A DNA stretch of 64,000 bases from Clostridiales bacterium (lineage in GTDB: Bacteria > Bacillota > Clostridia > Oscillospirales > Oscillospiraceae), in contig SFIL01000016.1 in NCBI GenBank assembly GCA_004556205.1, positions 3,898-67,897 of the forward strand, written 5' to 3'. Below, piece after piece: positions 35,797 through 45,486 of this stretch (the stretch's first letter is position 1; every line of letters begins with the position of its first letter). The notes under the pieces were generated by a model that saw nothing but the letters and a program-made list of their open reading frames with translations, was not told the origin of the DNA and ran no database searches. The position numbers and the translations under genes were made by a program.

Positions 35797-37743
35797 TCAA
35801 GAGGTACAGGGTCGCAAAGAAACTACGACTGCGGTCATGTCATCCTCCGCAGGCAGGCCGGAGATCAACAGTGCGGCAAGCTCCCGCGCCGACTCCCCGC
35901 TGTACGCCGCGATTGCGGCCTCGGTCTGCGCTCCTCCCGCTCCGTCACTGACGAGAACGAGCATTTCTCCCCGCTTCAGGGACAGGCGGTATCGCTCCGG
36001 TGTGTTCTCTCCTCCCACCCCCACACCGGGCGGCGGTGCCGCCGTCCCGATTTTTTTCGTCTCCGCACCCGCGCGCAGATAAGACGGCGCGGAACCCCAT
36101 TTATACAGCGCGCCCTCACCGTGCAGCAGATCAAGGCAGAGCAGATCGACCGTCGTAAAGCGATCCGCGCCGCGCAGAACCTCCGCGCCGTTATAGATGT
36201 TTAAGGCGTCATTCGGTGCAAGTCCCGTGCGGAGCAGACGTTCTAACAGCCGCACCGTCTCGGCGCTCAGGCGAGATGCCTCCACGCCCGTCCCCATGCC
36301 GTCGCACAGCAGCACGAAATAGTCGCCCCGCGCCCCGCGAAAGCACGCCCCATGGTCACCGCTCACACGGCTGCCGTTTTTTCCGACGCTGCAAATACCG
36401 ACCTCCGGCACAAAGGAAAGCTCCGACACCGCCGCCGACGGGTGGGGCATCTGCGCCGCGCGGAGATACGACGCGATGCTTGTCAGCTCCTGCGCCATGA
36501 CCTGACGGCTCTCCTGCAGCTCCATGCGGTAGCGGCGGCGAAAGAGCATTCCCTCCAGCTCCGTGTTGATTGCCGTGACAAAGCCCTCCATGTGACAGCA
36601 ATTCTCCTGAAACTGCGGTGGGAAATCCTCTACTGCGGCGGTACCGCGCGCAATGATTTGCCGCGCCGCGCCGGTGAGCGCATCATAAGTCTCCGCCGCG
36701 CGATGCTCCCAGCAGCGGTGAAAGCGCGCGCAGCAGCGGCATACACGCTCCGCCGCGCCGTCGTAGACACTCTCCGCCTCACTCGCCGATGGGTTTTCCG
36801 CGCTCTGCGGCAGGCGGCTTCGCAAAAGCTCCAGCACCTGTGCGGCGTTTTCCAAGCGCGCACCCGCGTCATCTCCCGTGTCACTGCCCATCTCGCGCGG
36901 AAGCCAATGAAACCGCTCGGCAAGCGAGCCGAGTGCCGCGCCTGCAATAATTGCCATACAGCTTCCGAGGCTTGCCTCACCAAGCAGCAGCAGCGCCGCA
37001 TTGGGCAGGACGGCAAAGGAAAGGAGTCCGAGCGTTCCGCGTCCCTTCTGTGGCAGGCAGCGGCAGAGCGCAGCAGGCAGAAGCAGTACAAGTGTCGCGT
37101 GATTTATCGCTCCGAGAAGGTCCAGTCCGATCCCTAACACCGCCGCGGGCAGAAGCTCGCGGCTTGCGGTGCAGAGCGCGACGGCGCAGAGCAGACCGAG
37201 ATCGACCTGCGGCAGAAGCGGCGAAAGTCCCGCCAGCACCGTCGCTGTCAGCACCGACCGCGCCGCGTGGCTGCCGTGCAGAGCACTGCGGAACACCGCA
37301 CAGGAAAGCCCTGCGGAGAGCCATTTTACAAGCCAAAGCAGCAGTGCCTGCTTTTCCCCGAACAGCTCCACGCCGCTTAGAATTGCGCAGACGCCCGCCG
37401 TCAGGCAGGGATAAAACCACCGGTACTGTGGCAGAAGCGTGCCCTGAAAGACCGCCGCACCAGCCAACGCCATACAGCTCAGCGCGATTAACTCCGCCGC
37501 CTCTGCGCCGTCACAGCGCAGAAAATAGCCCGCTGCCGCCCCAATCGCCGCCGCAACCGCTCGCACTCCGAGGGTTTGCGCAGCCACCAAGCACGCTGCA
37601 AGGGGCAGGGCTTGTCCGCATAGGCGCGCCCCGCTGAGAAGGAAGCCGCCGACAAGCATCAAAAGGCTCTCGCGCAAAAGTCCCGTGCTGCTCCCGCGCG
37701 TCAATCCCCGCTGTCTCGGCAGCACCTGCTCCGTCTCTTTCAT
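35797..37743 (-). CDS. spoIIE: stage II sporulation protein E-like membrane PP2C phosphatase
   Basis: Multi-TM N-terminus; VCRCCARFHRCW motif; PP2C motifs GD, CDGMGTG, TVDL, VSDG, DDMT. Confidence 0.85.
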   Translation of the reverse strand: MKETEQVLPRQRGLTRGSSTGLLRESLLMLVGGFLLSGARLCGQALPLAACLVAAQTLGVRAVAAAIGAAAGYFLRCDGAEAAELIALSCMALAGAAVFQGTLLPQYRWFYPCLTAGVCAILSGVELFGEKQALLLWLVKWLSAGLSCAVFRSALHGSHAARSVLTATVLAGLSPLLPQVDLGLLCAVALCTASRELLPAAVLGIGLDLLGAINHATLVLLLPAALCRCLPQKGRGTLGLLSFAVLPNAALLLLGEASLGSCMAIIAGAALGSLAERFHWLPREMGSDTGDDAGARLENAAQVLELLRSRLPQSAENPSASEAESVYDGAAERVCRCCARFHRCWEHRAAETYDALTGAARQIIARGTAAVEDFPPQFQENCCHMEGFVTAINTELEGMLFRRRYRMELQESRQVMAQELTSIASYLRAAQMPHPSAAVSELSFVPEVGICSVGKNGSRVSGDHGACFRGARGDYFVLLCDGMGTGVEASRLSAETVRLLERLLRTGLAPNDALNIYNGAEVLRGADRFTTVDLLCLDLLHGEGALYKWGSAPSYLRAGAETKKIGTAAPPPGVGVGGENTPERYRLSLKRGEMLVLVSDGAGGAQTEAAIAAYSGESARELAALLISGLPAEDDMTAVVVSLRPCTS

Positions 37744-37838
37744 ATCGTAAGCCCCGCTTTCCACACGATTTTTCACGATTTTACCACGCAGACAGGTACA
37801 AACCTGTCGGGAAATATGCGCGGAAATTCTTTCTTTGT

Positions 37839-37867
37839 TTGACACTGCACGGGACGAATGGTATGAT
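37839..37867 (+). promoter_or_regulatory. CYTH gene promoter
   Basis: TTGACA-17 bp-TATGAT with TG extension. Confidence 0.6.
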
Positions 37868-37891
37868 AGGGACAGAAACGGAGGGGTTTGC

Positions 37892-38497
37892 ATGGGAAAG
37901 GAACTCGAGTACAAGCTGTATGTGTCGGACGCGGCAGCTCTGAAAGATATTTTACAAGATACAGAGATTGCCGCATTGACCGACGGCGCGTGGCTGGAGC
38001 GGCAGATGAAAACAACCTATTATGACAGCGCAGACCGCCGTTTTTGTATGCGGCACTGGACGCTGCGGCATCGCATGGAGGGCGGGACTTCCGTCGTCTG
38101 CGTCAAAACGCCGCATAAGGAGTCGCACACACGCGGTGAATGGCAGGTCTGCGCTGACCGTTTGGATGATGCAGCAATTGAAGCCCTGCTTTTGGCAGGT
38201 GCACCGCAGGAGCTGCTGTTCCTTTACGGTGCAGGGGATGTTTCCCCTGTCTGCGGCGCAGAGTTTGTGCGAAAAAGTGTGATGCTGCAATTTCCCGACG
38301 GCAGCCGCGCCGAGCTTGCGGGCGACTGCGGTGTTCTGCACGGGCAGACGGAGCGGTTGGACTTTACGGAGCTGGAGTTGGAGCTTTACGAGGGAGAGCC
38401 GACGCAAATGCTTGCTTTGGTTGCCTCACTTTGCAAACGCTACGGTCTTGTCGAACAGCCGAAAAGCAAATTTGCCCGCGCGAGATCGCTGAAATAG
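37892..38497 (+). CDS. CYTH-domain protein
   Basis: ELEYK (ExExK), YYDS, LRHR, ELELEL, SKFAR. Confidence 0.9.
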   Translation: MGKELEYKLYVSDAAALKDILQDTEIAALTDGAWLERQMKTTYYDSADRRFCMRHWTLRHRMEGGTSVVCVKTPHKESHTRGEWQVCADRLDDAAIEALLLAGAPQELLFLYGAGDVSPVCGAEFVRKSVMLQFPDGSRAELAGDCGVLHGQTERLDFTELELELYEGEPTQMLALVASLCKRYGLVEQPKSKFARARSLK

Positions 38498-38592
38498 TTT
38501 GAAAGCCCTCCGAGATCACCCTCGGAGGGCTTTGCAAATAGAAGAAGCAATCCGTTTTGTCAATGCAGGGCGGGAATATATCCCCGCCCTGC
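38498..38592. terminator. two hairpins between convergent genes; the second resembles a family B REP
   Basis: AAAGCCCTCCGAG...CTCGGAGGGCTTT and GCAGGGCGGG...CCCGCCCTGC. Confidence 0.65.
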
Positions 38593-38615
38593 AAGCTCTT
38601 AAGGAAACAGCCGCT

Positions 38616-39392
38616 TTAGGCAAACAGCTTGACCGACAAGACAACTGCGCCTAAAATAACGAGGATAATGCCCGTGGCGCGGTTGAGGACCTTTGCGGGA
38701 GCTTTATTGGCAAAGCGCGCACCGATCCTCGCCCAAATCAGCGTAAAGACAACGCACAGCACCAGCGCCGGCAGATCGGGCATTCCGCCGATCGCAAAGT
38801 GGGAGATCGAGCCGGTCAAAGCGGTAAACGCCATGATGAACACACTCGTGCCGACGGCAGTCTTCAGCTCGTAGCCGAGGACACTCGTCAGCACCAGCAG
38901 CATCATAATGCCGCCGCCCGCGCCGACAAAGCCGCAGATAAAGCCGACCAACGAGCCGCAGATCACGGACTGAATCGCGCGTTTTTTCTTCGACACGCCC
39001 TGCATGGCTTCCTTTGTGGTCATAACGGGCTTGACGATAAATTTCACGCCCATGAGCATCGTCATAATGACGGAGAAATTGCCCATCGTCGTGTTCGGTA
39101 CAAGGCTTGAGACGAAGCTGCCGACCATGGTGAAGGTCAAAACGGCTGCCATCATGATCAGACCGTTTCGAACATCCAGATTGCCGTTTTTCTTATAAGT
39201 GTAAGCCGAGATTGCGCTTGCCAGCACATCGGACGCCAGCGCGATACCGACCGCCTGATAAGCGTTCATATCCAAGAAGGTCACGAGCATCGGCGTAATG
39301 ACCGCCGCAGCGCTCATGCCCGCAAAGCCCGTGCCGAGCCCCGCGCCGAGTCCCGCAAAGAAGCAGACAACAACTTTGATAAAAATATCCAT
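38616..39392 (-). CDS. TauE/SafE (TSUP) family membrane protein
   Basis: About 8 TM helices; GLGTGFAG, GFVGAGGG, KTAVGTS. Confidence 0.88.
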   Translation of the reverse strand: MDIFIKVVVCFFAGLGAGLGTGFAGMSAAAVITPMLVTFLDMNAYQAVGIALASDVLASAISAYTYKKNGNLDVRNGLIMMAAVLTFTMVGSFVSSLVPNTTMGNFSVIMTMLMGVKFIVKPVMTTKEAMQGVSKKKRAIQSVICGSLVGFICGFVGAGGGIMMLLVLTSVLGYELKTAVGTSVFIMAFTALTGSISHFAIGGMPDLPALVLCVVFTLIWARIGARFANKAPAKVLNRATGIILVILGAVVLSVKLFA

Positions 39393-39407
39393 AACAATTC
39401 TTCTTTC

Positions 39408-42400
39408 TTACTTCACGCCTGCAAGCGGTTTTCCCTCCGTTTGCAGGGCTTTTTTTGACACCGAGAGCATCAGCTTGATGCGGTTGAGCTGATTGACCTC
39501 GCTCGCCCCGGGATCATAGTCCACAGCGGCGATATTCGCGCCCTCGTAGGCTCTTCGGAGTTGCTTGATGACGCCCTTGCCGACGACGTGATTCGGCAGG
39601 CAGGCAAAGGGCTGGATGCAGACGATATTCTTCGTTCCCTCCGTCAGAAGCTCCGCCATCTCTCCCGCGAGGAACCAGCCCTCGCCGTACTGATTACCGA
39701 GAGACAGGAAAGGCTTTGCCAGCTCCGCAATCTTCTCAATCGGCATGGGAGCACTAAAGCGGCGGCTCTCCTTCAGCGCGCGCAGTGCAGGCGCGCGAAT
39801 GGCACGAACCGCCCGCAGTCCGACGCGCGAGACGGCAGCACCCGTTGCCGAGGTTCCGAGGAACTCGTGCTTATACTGCGCGTTATAGAGCGTGTAGCAG
39901 ATAAAGTCCATCAGATCGGGGACGACCGCCTCCGCGCCCTCCCGCTCCAAAAGCTCCACCAAATGATTGTTGGCAAGCGGCATATATTTGACCAGAATCT
40001 CTCCGACCACGCCGACGCGCGGCTTTTGCAGCGTTTCGTCGATGGGAAGCGCGTCAAAGTCCTGCACGATGCCCTTACAGACCTCGGCATAACGGTATTT
40101 GCTCTTGGGATCGGTCAGCGAGGCGATGCAGGTATCGCGCCACTTTCGGTGCAGCGCGTTTGCGGAATCGGTTTCCTTTTCATACGGGCGCACCCGGTAC
40201 AGGCAACGCATCAGCAGATCGCCGTAGACGAGCGCCCGCATCGCCGCAAGCAGCAGGGCAGGCGAAATCTTGAAGCCGCTGTTTTTCTCCATGCCGTTTG
40301 CGTTGAGCGAGATCACGGGGATGTGTGACAGCCCCGCCTTGTCCAATGCACGGCGGATAAAGGCAACATAGTTGCTCGCGCGGCAGCAGCCGCCCGTCTG
40401 CGTCATCATGATCGCCAAACGATCGGTGTCGTATTTTCCGGAAAAGACGGCGGACATGATCTGCCCGACTACGACAATGGACGGATAGCACGCGTCGTTG
40501 TTGACATATTGCAGTCCGACATCCACGGCTGCACGGGTGTCGTTGTCGAGGATCGCCACATGATAGCCAAAGCGATTGAAGACCGGCTCTAAAATATCAA
40601 AATGGATCGGGCTCATCTGCGGCGCGAGGATGGTGTAGCCGTCCTTGCGCATCTGCTCGGTAAACTCCGTGCGGCGGTAGGCGACGGGGCGTGGTTGTGC
40701 TTTAATGCCCTGCTCCCGCCGCAAACGCATCGCGGCAAGCAGGCTGCGGATACGGATGCGCACCGCGCCGAGGTTGTTGACCTCATCAATTTTGAGAACA
40801 GTATAGAGCTTGTTGCTGCCCTCCAAAATCTCGCAGACCTGATCGGTCGTAACCGCGTCAAGTCCGCAGCCGAAGGAATTGAGCTGAATCAGCTCCAAAT
40901 CGTTACGCTTGCGCACGAATTCCGCAGCCGCATACAACCGTGAATGGTAGACCCACTGATCGACCACACGGAGCGGTCGCTCGGGCGTAAAGTCGATTGG
41001 CAGGCTGTCCTCGGTAAAAACGTCCAGCCCGTACGAGGTAATCAGCTCGGGAATGCCATGGTTGATCTCGGGGTCGATGTGGTAGGGTCTGCCTGCCAGC
41101 ACGATGCCGGCGCGCCCCTCGCGCTCCATCTTCTCCAGCACCCGTTTGCCCTCGGCACGGATATCCGCCTTTGCCTTTAACTGCTCCTCCCACGCCGCGT
41201 GTACTGCCGCACGGGTCTGCGAGGCAGGAATATCCCACTCCTCGCTGCACAGGCGCACAAGGCGCTTTGCGACTGTCTTTTCATCGGTAAAGGCGAGGAA
41301 GGGACGCAGATAGCGAACATCTCCCTCCGTGACCGCCTCAATGTTGTTTTTGAGGTTCTCGGGATAGGCGACAACGATCGGGCAGTTGTAATGATTCTGC
41401 GCATCGGGCACCTCCTGATGCTCATAGAATACGCAGGGATGGAAGATCGTGCGGATGCCCCGATTGAGCAGCCATTGCACGTGCCCGTGCGCAAGCTTCG
41501 CGGGATAGCACTCCGATTCGGAGGGGATCGTCTCCATGCCCAGTTCGTAAATTTTACGGCTCGACAGCGGGGAGAGGATCACGCGGAAGCCGAGCTTGCG
41601 GAAGAAGGTCGCCCAAAACGGATAGTTTTCATAGAGGTTTAGCACACGGGGAATGCCGATCTCGCCGCGCGTCGCCTCCTGCTCGGAAAGGGGTGGATAA
41701 TTGAAGAGACGTTTTCGCTTAAATTCGCTCAGATTCGCTCCTTTTTCGCTCAAAGCCGTCGTTCCGCTGCCTTTTTCGCAGCGGTTTCCTGTGATATAGC
41801 GCCGCCCGCCCGAGAATTTATTCACCGTGAGCATACAGCGGTTAGCGCAGCCGCCGCAGCGGGTCGTCTCCGAGGTGTAGGTCAGACGCTCAATTTCTTC
41901 GAGCGACAGCATTGTCGTCTTCTGTCCTTGATAGTGCTGCTTTGCCAAAAGCGCCGCGCCGAACGCGCCCATAATACCCGCGATGTCGGGACAAACCGCC
42001 TCGACGCCCGCAATCTTCTCCAACGCACGTAGAACCGCACGGTTATAAAATGTACCGCCCTGCACGACAATATTCGAGCCAAGCTCCTTGGCGTTGGCGA
42101 GCTTGATGACCTTAAACAGGGCGTTTTTGATGACGGAATAAGCAAGACCTGCCGAAATATCGGCAACGGACGCCCCCTCCTTCTGTGCCTGCTTGACGTT
42201 GGAATTCATGAACACGGTGCAGCGCGTACCGAGATCGACGGGATTTTCCGCAAACAGCGCCTTCTGCGCAAATTCCTGCGCCGTATAACCGAGGGAGTTG
42301 GCAAAATTCTCGATGAACGAGCCGCACCCCGACGAACACGCCTCGTTGAGCAGAACCGTATCGACAGAGCCGCCGCGCAGCTTAATGCACTTCATATCCT

Positions 42401-43664
42401 GTCCGCCGATGTCCAAAACGCAATCGACCTGCGGGTCAAAATAGGACGCGGCGGTGCAGTGGGCAATCGTCTCAACCTCGCCCTCGTCCAAGCAGAACGC
42501 CGCCTTGAGCAGCGCCTCACCATAGCCCGTCGAGCAAGCGCGGGCAATATATACATCCTCGGGAAGCTGCTTGCGAAGCGTTGCAAGTGCAGACACGGCA
42601 GTGCGCACGGGGCTCCCCTGATTGTTCGCATAAAAGGAGAACAGCAGCTCTCCGTCTTTGCCGATCAGGGCAAGCTTTGTCGTGGTCGATCCGGCGTCGA
42701 TGCCGAGGAAGCACGCGCCGTGATAGCTTTGCAGCTCACCCTTCGGCACGATCGCTTCTGCGTGCCGCAGGCAAAATTTGTCATATTCTGTCTGATTTGC
42801 AAACAGCGGCGGCAGGCGCTTGATCTCGAACTGCATCTGCACGCCCGAGTCCAACCGCGCAAGCAGGTCGGAAAGCCCCGTCGGCTGTGCCTCCGCGCTC
42901 TCAAGTGCCGCGCCCATCGCCGCAAACAGATGGGAATTCTCCGGATCTACCGTCGTCTCCGGCGTCAGGTGCAGTGTGCGCACAAACGCCTTTTTCAGCT
43001 CGGGCAGGAAGTGCAGCGGTCCGCCCAAAAACGCAACGCAGCCGCGGATCGGCTTGCCGCAGGCAAGACCCGAAATCGTCTGATTGACGACCGCCTGAAA
43101 GATCGACGCGGCAAGATCTGCCTTTGTCGCGCCCTCGTTGATGAGCGGCTGGATGTCCGTCTTTGCAAACACGCCGCACCGCGCGGCAATGGGATAGATT
43201 TCTTTATACTGCGCGGCGGCTTCGTTCAGACCCGCCGCGTCTGTTTGCAGGAGAGACGCCATTTGGTCAATGAACGAGCCGGTACCGCCCGCGCATACGC
43301 CGTTCATGCGTTCCTCCAAGCCGCCCTTAAAATAGATGATTTTCGCATCCTCGCCGCCCAGCTCAATGGCGACATCGGTTTGCGGCGCGGCAAATTGCAG
43401 CGCCGAGGCGACTGCCACGACCTCCTGCACGAATTCGATGTCCAGCGCCTTGCCCAAATTGATGGAGCCGGAGCCGGTAATGCCGATGCGCAGGGTGCAG
43501 TCGCCGAGTTGCTCCTTTGCCTCGCGCAGGAGCGCCGCAAGCGTCTGCTGCGTGTGGGCGTAGTGGCGGCGATAGCTGTCGAACAGGAGCTTCCCGTTTT
43601 CATCGAGGATGACGAGCTTCACCGTGGTAGAGCCGACGTCAATCCCCGCTCTGTATTCTCTCAA
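39408..43664 (-). CDS. 2-hydroxyacyl-CoA dehydratase activase-related fusion (two BadF/BadG ATPase domains plus DUF2229/dehydratase-like domains)
   Basis: GIDVGSTT...GGED...CAGGTG and GIDAGSTT...GGQD...CSSGCG; CYPAK, NSFGCG, QPFACLPNH; TTG start at 43664 after GGGAGG. Confidence 0.9.
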   Translation of the reverse strand: MREYRAGIDVGSTTVKLVILDENGKLLFDSYRRHYAHTQQTLAALLREAKEQLGDCTLRIGITGSGSINLGKALDIEFVQEVVAVASALQFAAPQTDVAIELGGEDAKIIYFKGGLEERMNGVCAGGTGSFIDQMASLLQTDAAGLNEAAAQYKEIYPIAARCGVFAKTDIQPLINEGATKADLAASIFQAVVNQTISGLACGKPIRGCVAFLGGPLHFLPELKKAFVRTLHLTPETTVDPENSHLFAAMGAALESAEAQPTGLSDLLARLDSGVQMQFEIKRLPPLFANQTEYDKFCLRHAEAIVPKGELQSYHGACFLGIDAGSTTTKLALIGKDGELLFSFYANNQGSPVRTAVSALATLRKQLPEDVYIARACSTGYGEALLKAAFCLDEGEVETIAHCTAASYFDPQVDCVLDIGGQDMKCIKLRGGSVDTVLLNEACSSGCGSFIENFANSLGYTAQEFAQKALFAENPVDLGTRCTVFMNSNVKQAQKEGASVADISAGLAYSVIKNALFKVIKLANAKELGSNIVVQGGTFYNRAVLRALEKIAGVEAVCPDIAGIMGAFGAALLAKQHYQGQKTTMLSLEEIERLTYTSETTRCGGCANRCMLTVNKFSGGRRYITGNRCEKGSGTTALSEKGANLSEFKRKRLFNYPPLSEQEATRGEIGIPRVLNLYENYPFWATFFRKLGFRVILSPLSSRKIYELGMETIPSESECYPAKLAHGHVQWLLNRGIRTIFHPCVFYEHQEVPDAQNHYNCPIVVAYPENLKNNIEAVTEGDVRYLRPFLAFTDEKTVAKRLVRLCSEEWDIPASQTRAAVHAAWEEQLKAKADIRAEGKRVLEKMEREGRAGIVLAGRPYHIDPEINHGIPELITSYGLDVFTEDSLPIDFTPERPLRVVDQWVYHSRLYAAAEFVRKRNDLELIQLNSFGCGLDAVTTDQVCEILEGSNKLYTVLKIDEVNNLGAVRIRIRSLLAAMRLRREQGIKAQPRPVAYRRTEFTEQMRKDGYTILAPQMSPIHFDILEPVFNRFGYHVAILDNDTRAAVDVGLQYVNNDACYPSIVVVGQIMSAVFSGKYDTDRLAIMMTQTGGCCRASNYVAFIRRALDKAGLSHIPVISLNANGMEKNSGFKISPALLLAAMRALVYGDLLMRCLYRVRPYEKETDSANALHRKWRDTCIASLTDPKSKYRYAEVCKGIVQDFDALPIDETLQKPRVGVVGEILVKYMPLANNHLVELLEREGAEAVVPDLMDFICYTLYNAQYKHEFLGTSATGAAVSRVGLRAVRAIRAPALRALKESRRFSAPMPIEKIAELAKPFLSLGNQYGEGWFLAGEMAELLTEGTKNIVCIQPFACLPNHVVGKGVIKQLRRAYEGANIAAVDYDPGASEVNQLNRIKLMLSVSKKALQTEGKPLAGVK

Positions 43665-43683
43665 AAAATGACCTCCCGTCACT

Positions 43684-45486
43684 TCAAGCGGACTGTTCAA
43701 ACTGGCTGTTATACAGCTTGGCGTAGAAGCCGCCGCGTGCAAGAAGCTGCTCGTGCGTGCCGCTTTCGATAATATCGCCGTCGTTGAGTACCAAGATCAA
43801 ATCGGCGTTCTTAATGGTGGAGAGGCGGTGCGCAATGACGAAGGAGGTGCGCCCCCGCATCAGTTCGTCCATCGCGTTCTGAATTTGCAGCTCCGTGCGG
43901 GTATCGACGGAGCTGGTCGCCTCGTCCAAAATCAGCATCGGACGGTCGGCAATCATCGCACGGGCAATGGTAATCTGCTGCTTCTGACCCTGTGAGAGGC
44001 TGACCTGATCGTTTAAGACCGTGTCATAGCCCTTCGGCAGCGTACGAATGAAGTGGTCAAGTCCGACCGCGCGGCACGCCGCCTTCATCTTTTCCTCCGT
44101 CGCGCCCTCCGTGCAGTAGACGAGATTTTCGCGCACCGTGCCTTCAAACAGCCAAGTATCCTGCAGAACCATACAGAAGCGGCTGCGCACCTCCTCGCGC
44201 TTGACGTCGGCGGTCGGGACGCCGTCGATCAGGATCTTGCCGCCCTGTATCTCGTGAAAGCGCATGAGCAGATTGACAAGCGTCGTCTTGCCCGCGCCCG
44301 TCGGACCGACAATGGCGATCTTTTGTCCGGGCTTTGCCTTAGCGGAAAAGTCGTGAATGACAATCTTATCGGAGTCCTCGTAGCCGAAGCGGACATGGTC
44401 GAATTCCACCGCGCCCTGCGTGGTGCCGAGCGTCGCGGTCTTTTTGCTCTCGTCCGCCATCTCCTCCGCCTCCAAAAATTCAAACACGCGTTCGCCTGCT
44501 GCGGCGGCGGATTGGAGCGTCTGCGCCGCCTGCGCAAGCTGAGAAAGCGGCTGCGTGAAGAGGCGGACATACATCATAAACGCCACGATGACCTCGAAGC
44601 CGATTCTGCCGTTGATCGTCAGAAGTGCGCCGACAATGCAGATTGCGACATAGCCGAGATTGCCGACGAAGCCCATGAGCGGCTGCATCATGCCCGAAAG
44701 GCACTGCGCCTTGAAGCCGCTCTCGCGGAGCTTCCCGTTCAGCTCGTCAAAGGTCTTCTGCGATTCTTTTTCTGCATTATACGCCTTAACAACGGTATGC
44801 CCCGAGAACATCTCCTCGATATGCCCGTTGACCTCGCCGAGATGTCGCTGTTGACGGGCGAAGTATTTCTGTGAACGTGCCATAATGCCCATCATCAATG
44901 CAAAACCGAGCAAGGTCGCCAAAACCGCCGTAAGCGTCATGACAACATCTGTCAGGAGCATCAGCAGCAGTGAGCCGAGCAGAAGCATGACGGCAGATAC
45001 CAACGTGCCGATGCTCTGGTTGAGCGACTGCGAAATGGTATCGACATCGTTCGTCACGCGGGAGAGGACATCGCCCGTTGACGTCTTGTTAAAGTACCAC
45101 ATCGGCAGGCAGTTGATCTTGTGCGAAATGTCGCCGCGCAGTTTTTTGGAGACGCGCTGCGTCACGGTCGCCATGATGAAATGCTGCAGGAAGCTCAGCA
45201 TCGCACCCGCCGCAAGGATGGCTACCAGCGTAAAGCCGATGCGGGCAACGGCATCCATATCAATACCCGTCATCATGCCCGCGATGATCGTTTTCGTCAG
45301 ATCGGAGATCTTGTTCGGGCTTATCAGGGTCAGCACCGTGCCGACCGCCGCAAAAAGCAGCGCAATGATCATCGCAAACCAGTATTTTTTACAATAGACA
45401 AGCAGTTTTTTCCATGTGCCCGTAAAGTTTTTCGCTTTCTCGGGCGCAGCCTTTCCCGCCGAACGCGGGCTATGTCTCATATTCAT
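43684..45486 (-). CDS. heterodimeric ABC exporter, subunit B (TMD-NBD)
   Basis: GPTGAGKTT, LSQGQKQ, ILDEATSSVD, IAHRLST. Confidence 0.92.
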   Translation of the reverse strand: MNMRHSPRSAGKAAPEKAKNFTGTWKKLLVYCKKYWFAMIIALLFAAVGTVLTLISPNKISDLTKTIIAGMMTGIDMDAVARIGFTLVAILAAGAMLSFLQHFIMATVTQRVSKKLRGDISHKINCLPMWYFNKTSTGDVLSRVTNDVDTISQSLNQSIGTLVSAVMLLLGSLLLMLLTDVVMTLTAVLATLLGFALMMGIMARSQKYFARQQRHLGEVNGHIEEMFSGHTVVKAYNAEKESQKTFDELNGKLRESGFKAQCLSGMMQPLMGFVGNLGYVAICIVGALLTINGRIGFEVIVAFMMYVRLFTQPLSQLAQAAQTLQSAAAAGERVFEFLEAEEMADESKKTATLGTTQGAVEFDHVRFGYEDSDKIVIHDFSAKAKPGQKIAIVGPTGAGKTTLVNLLMRFHEIQGGKILIDGVPTADVKREEVRSRFCMVLQDTWLFEGTVRENLVYCTEGATEEKMKAACRAVGLDHFIRTLPKGYDTVLNDQVSLSQGQKQQITIARAMIADRPMLILDEATSSVDTRTELQIQNAMDELMRGRTSFVIAHRLSTIKNADLILVLNDGDIIESGTHEQLLARGGFYAKLYNSQFEQSA

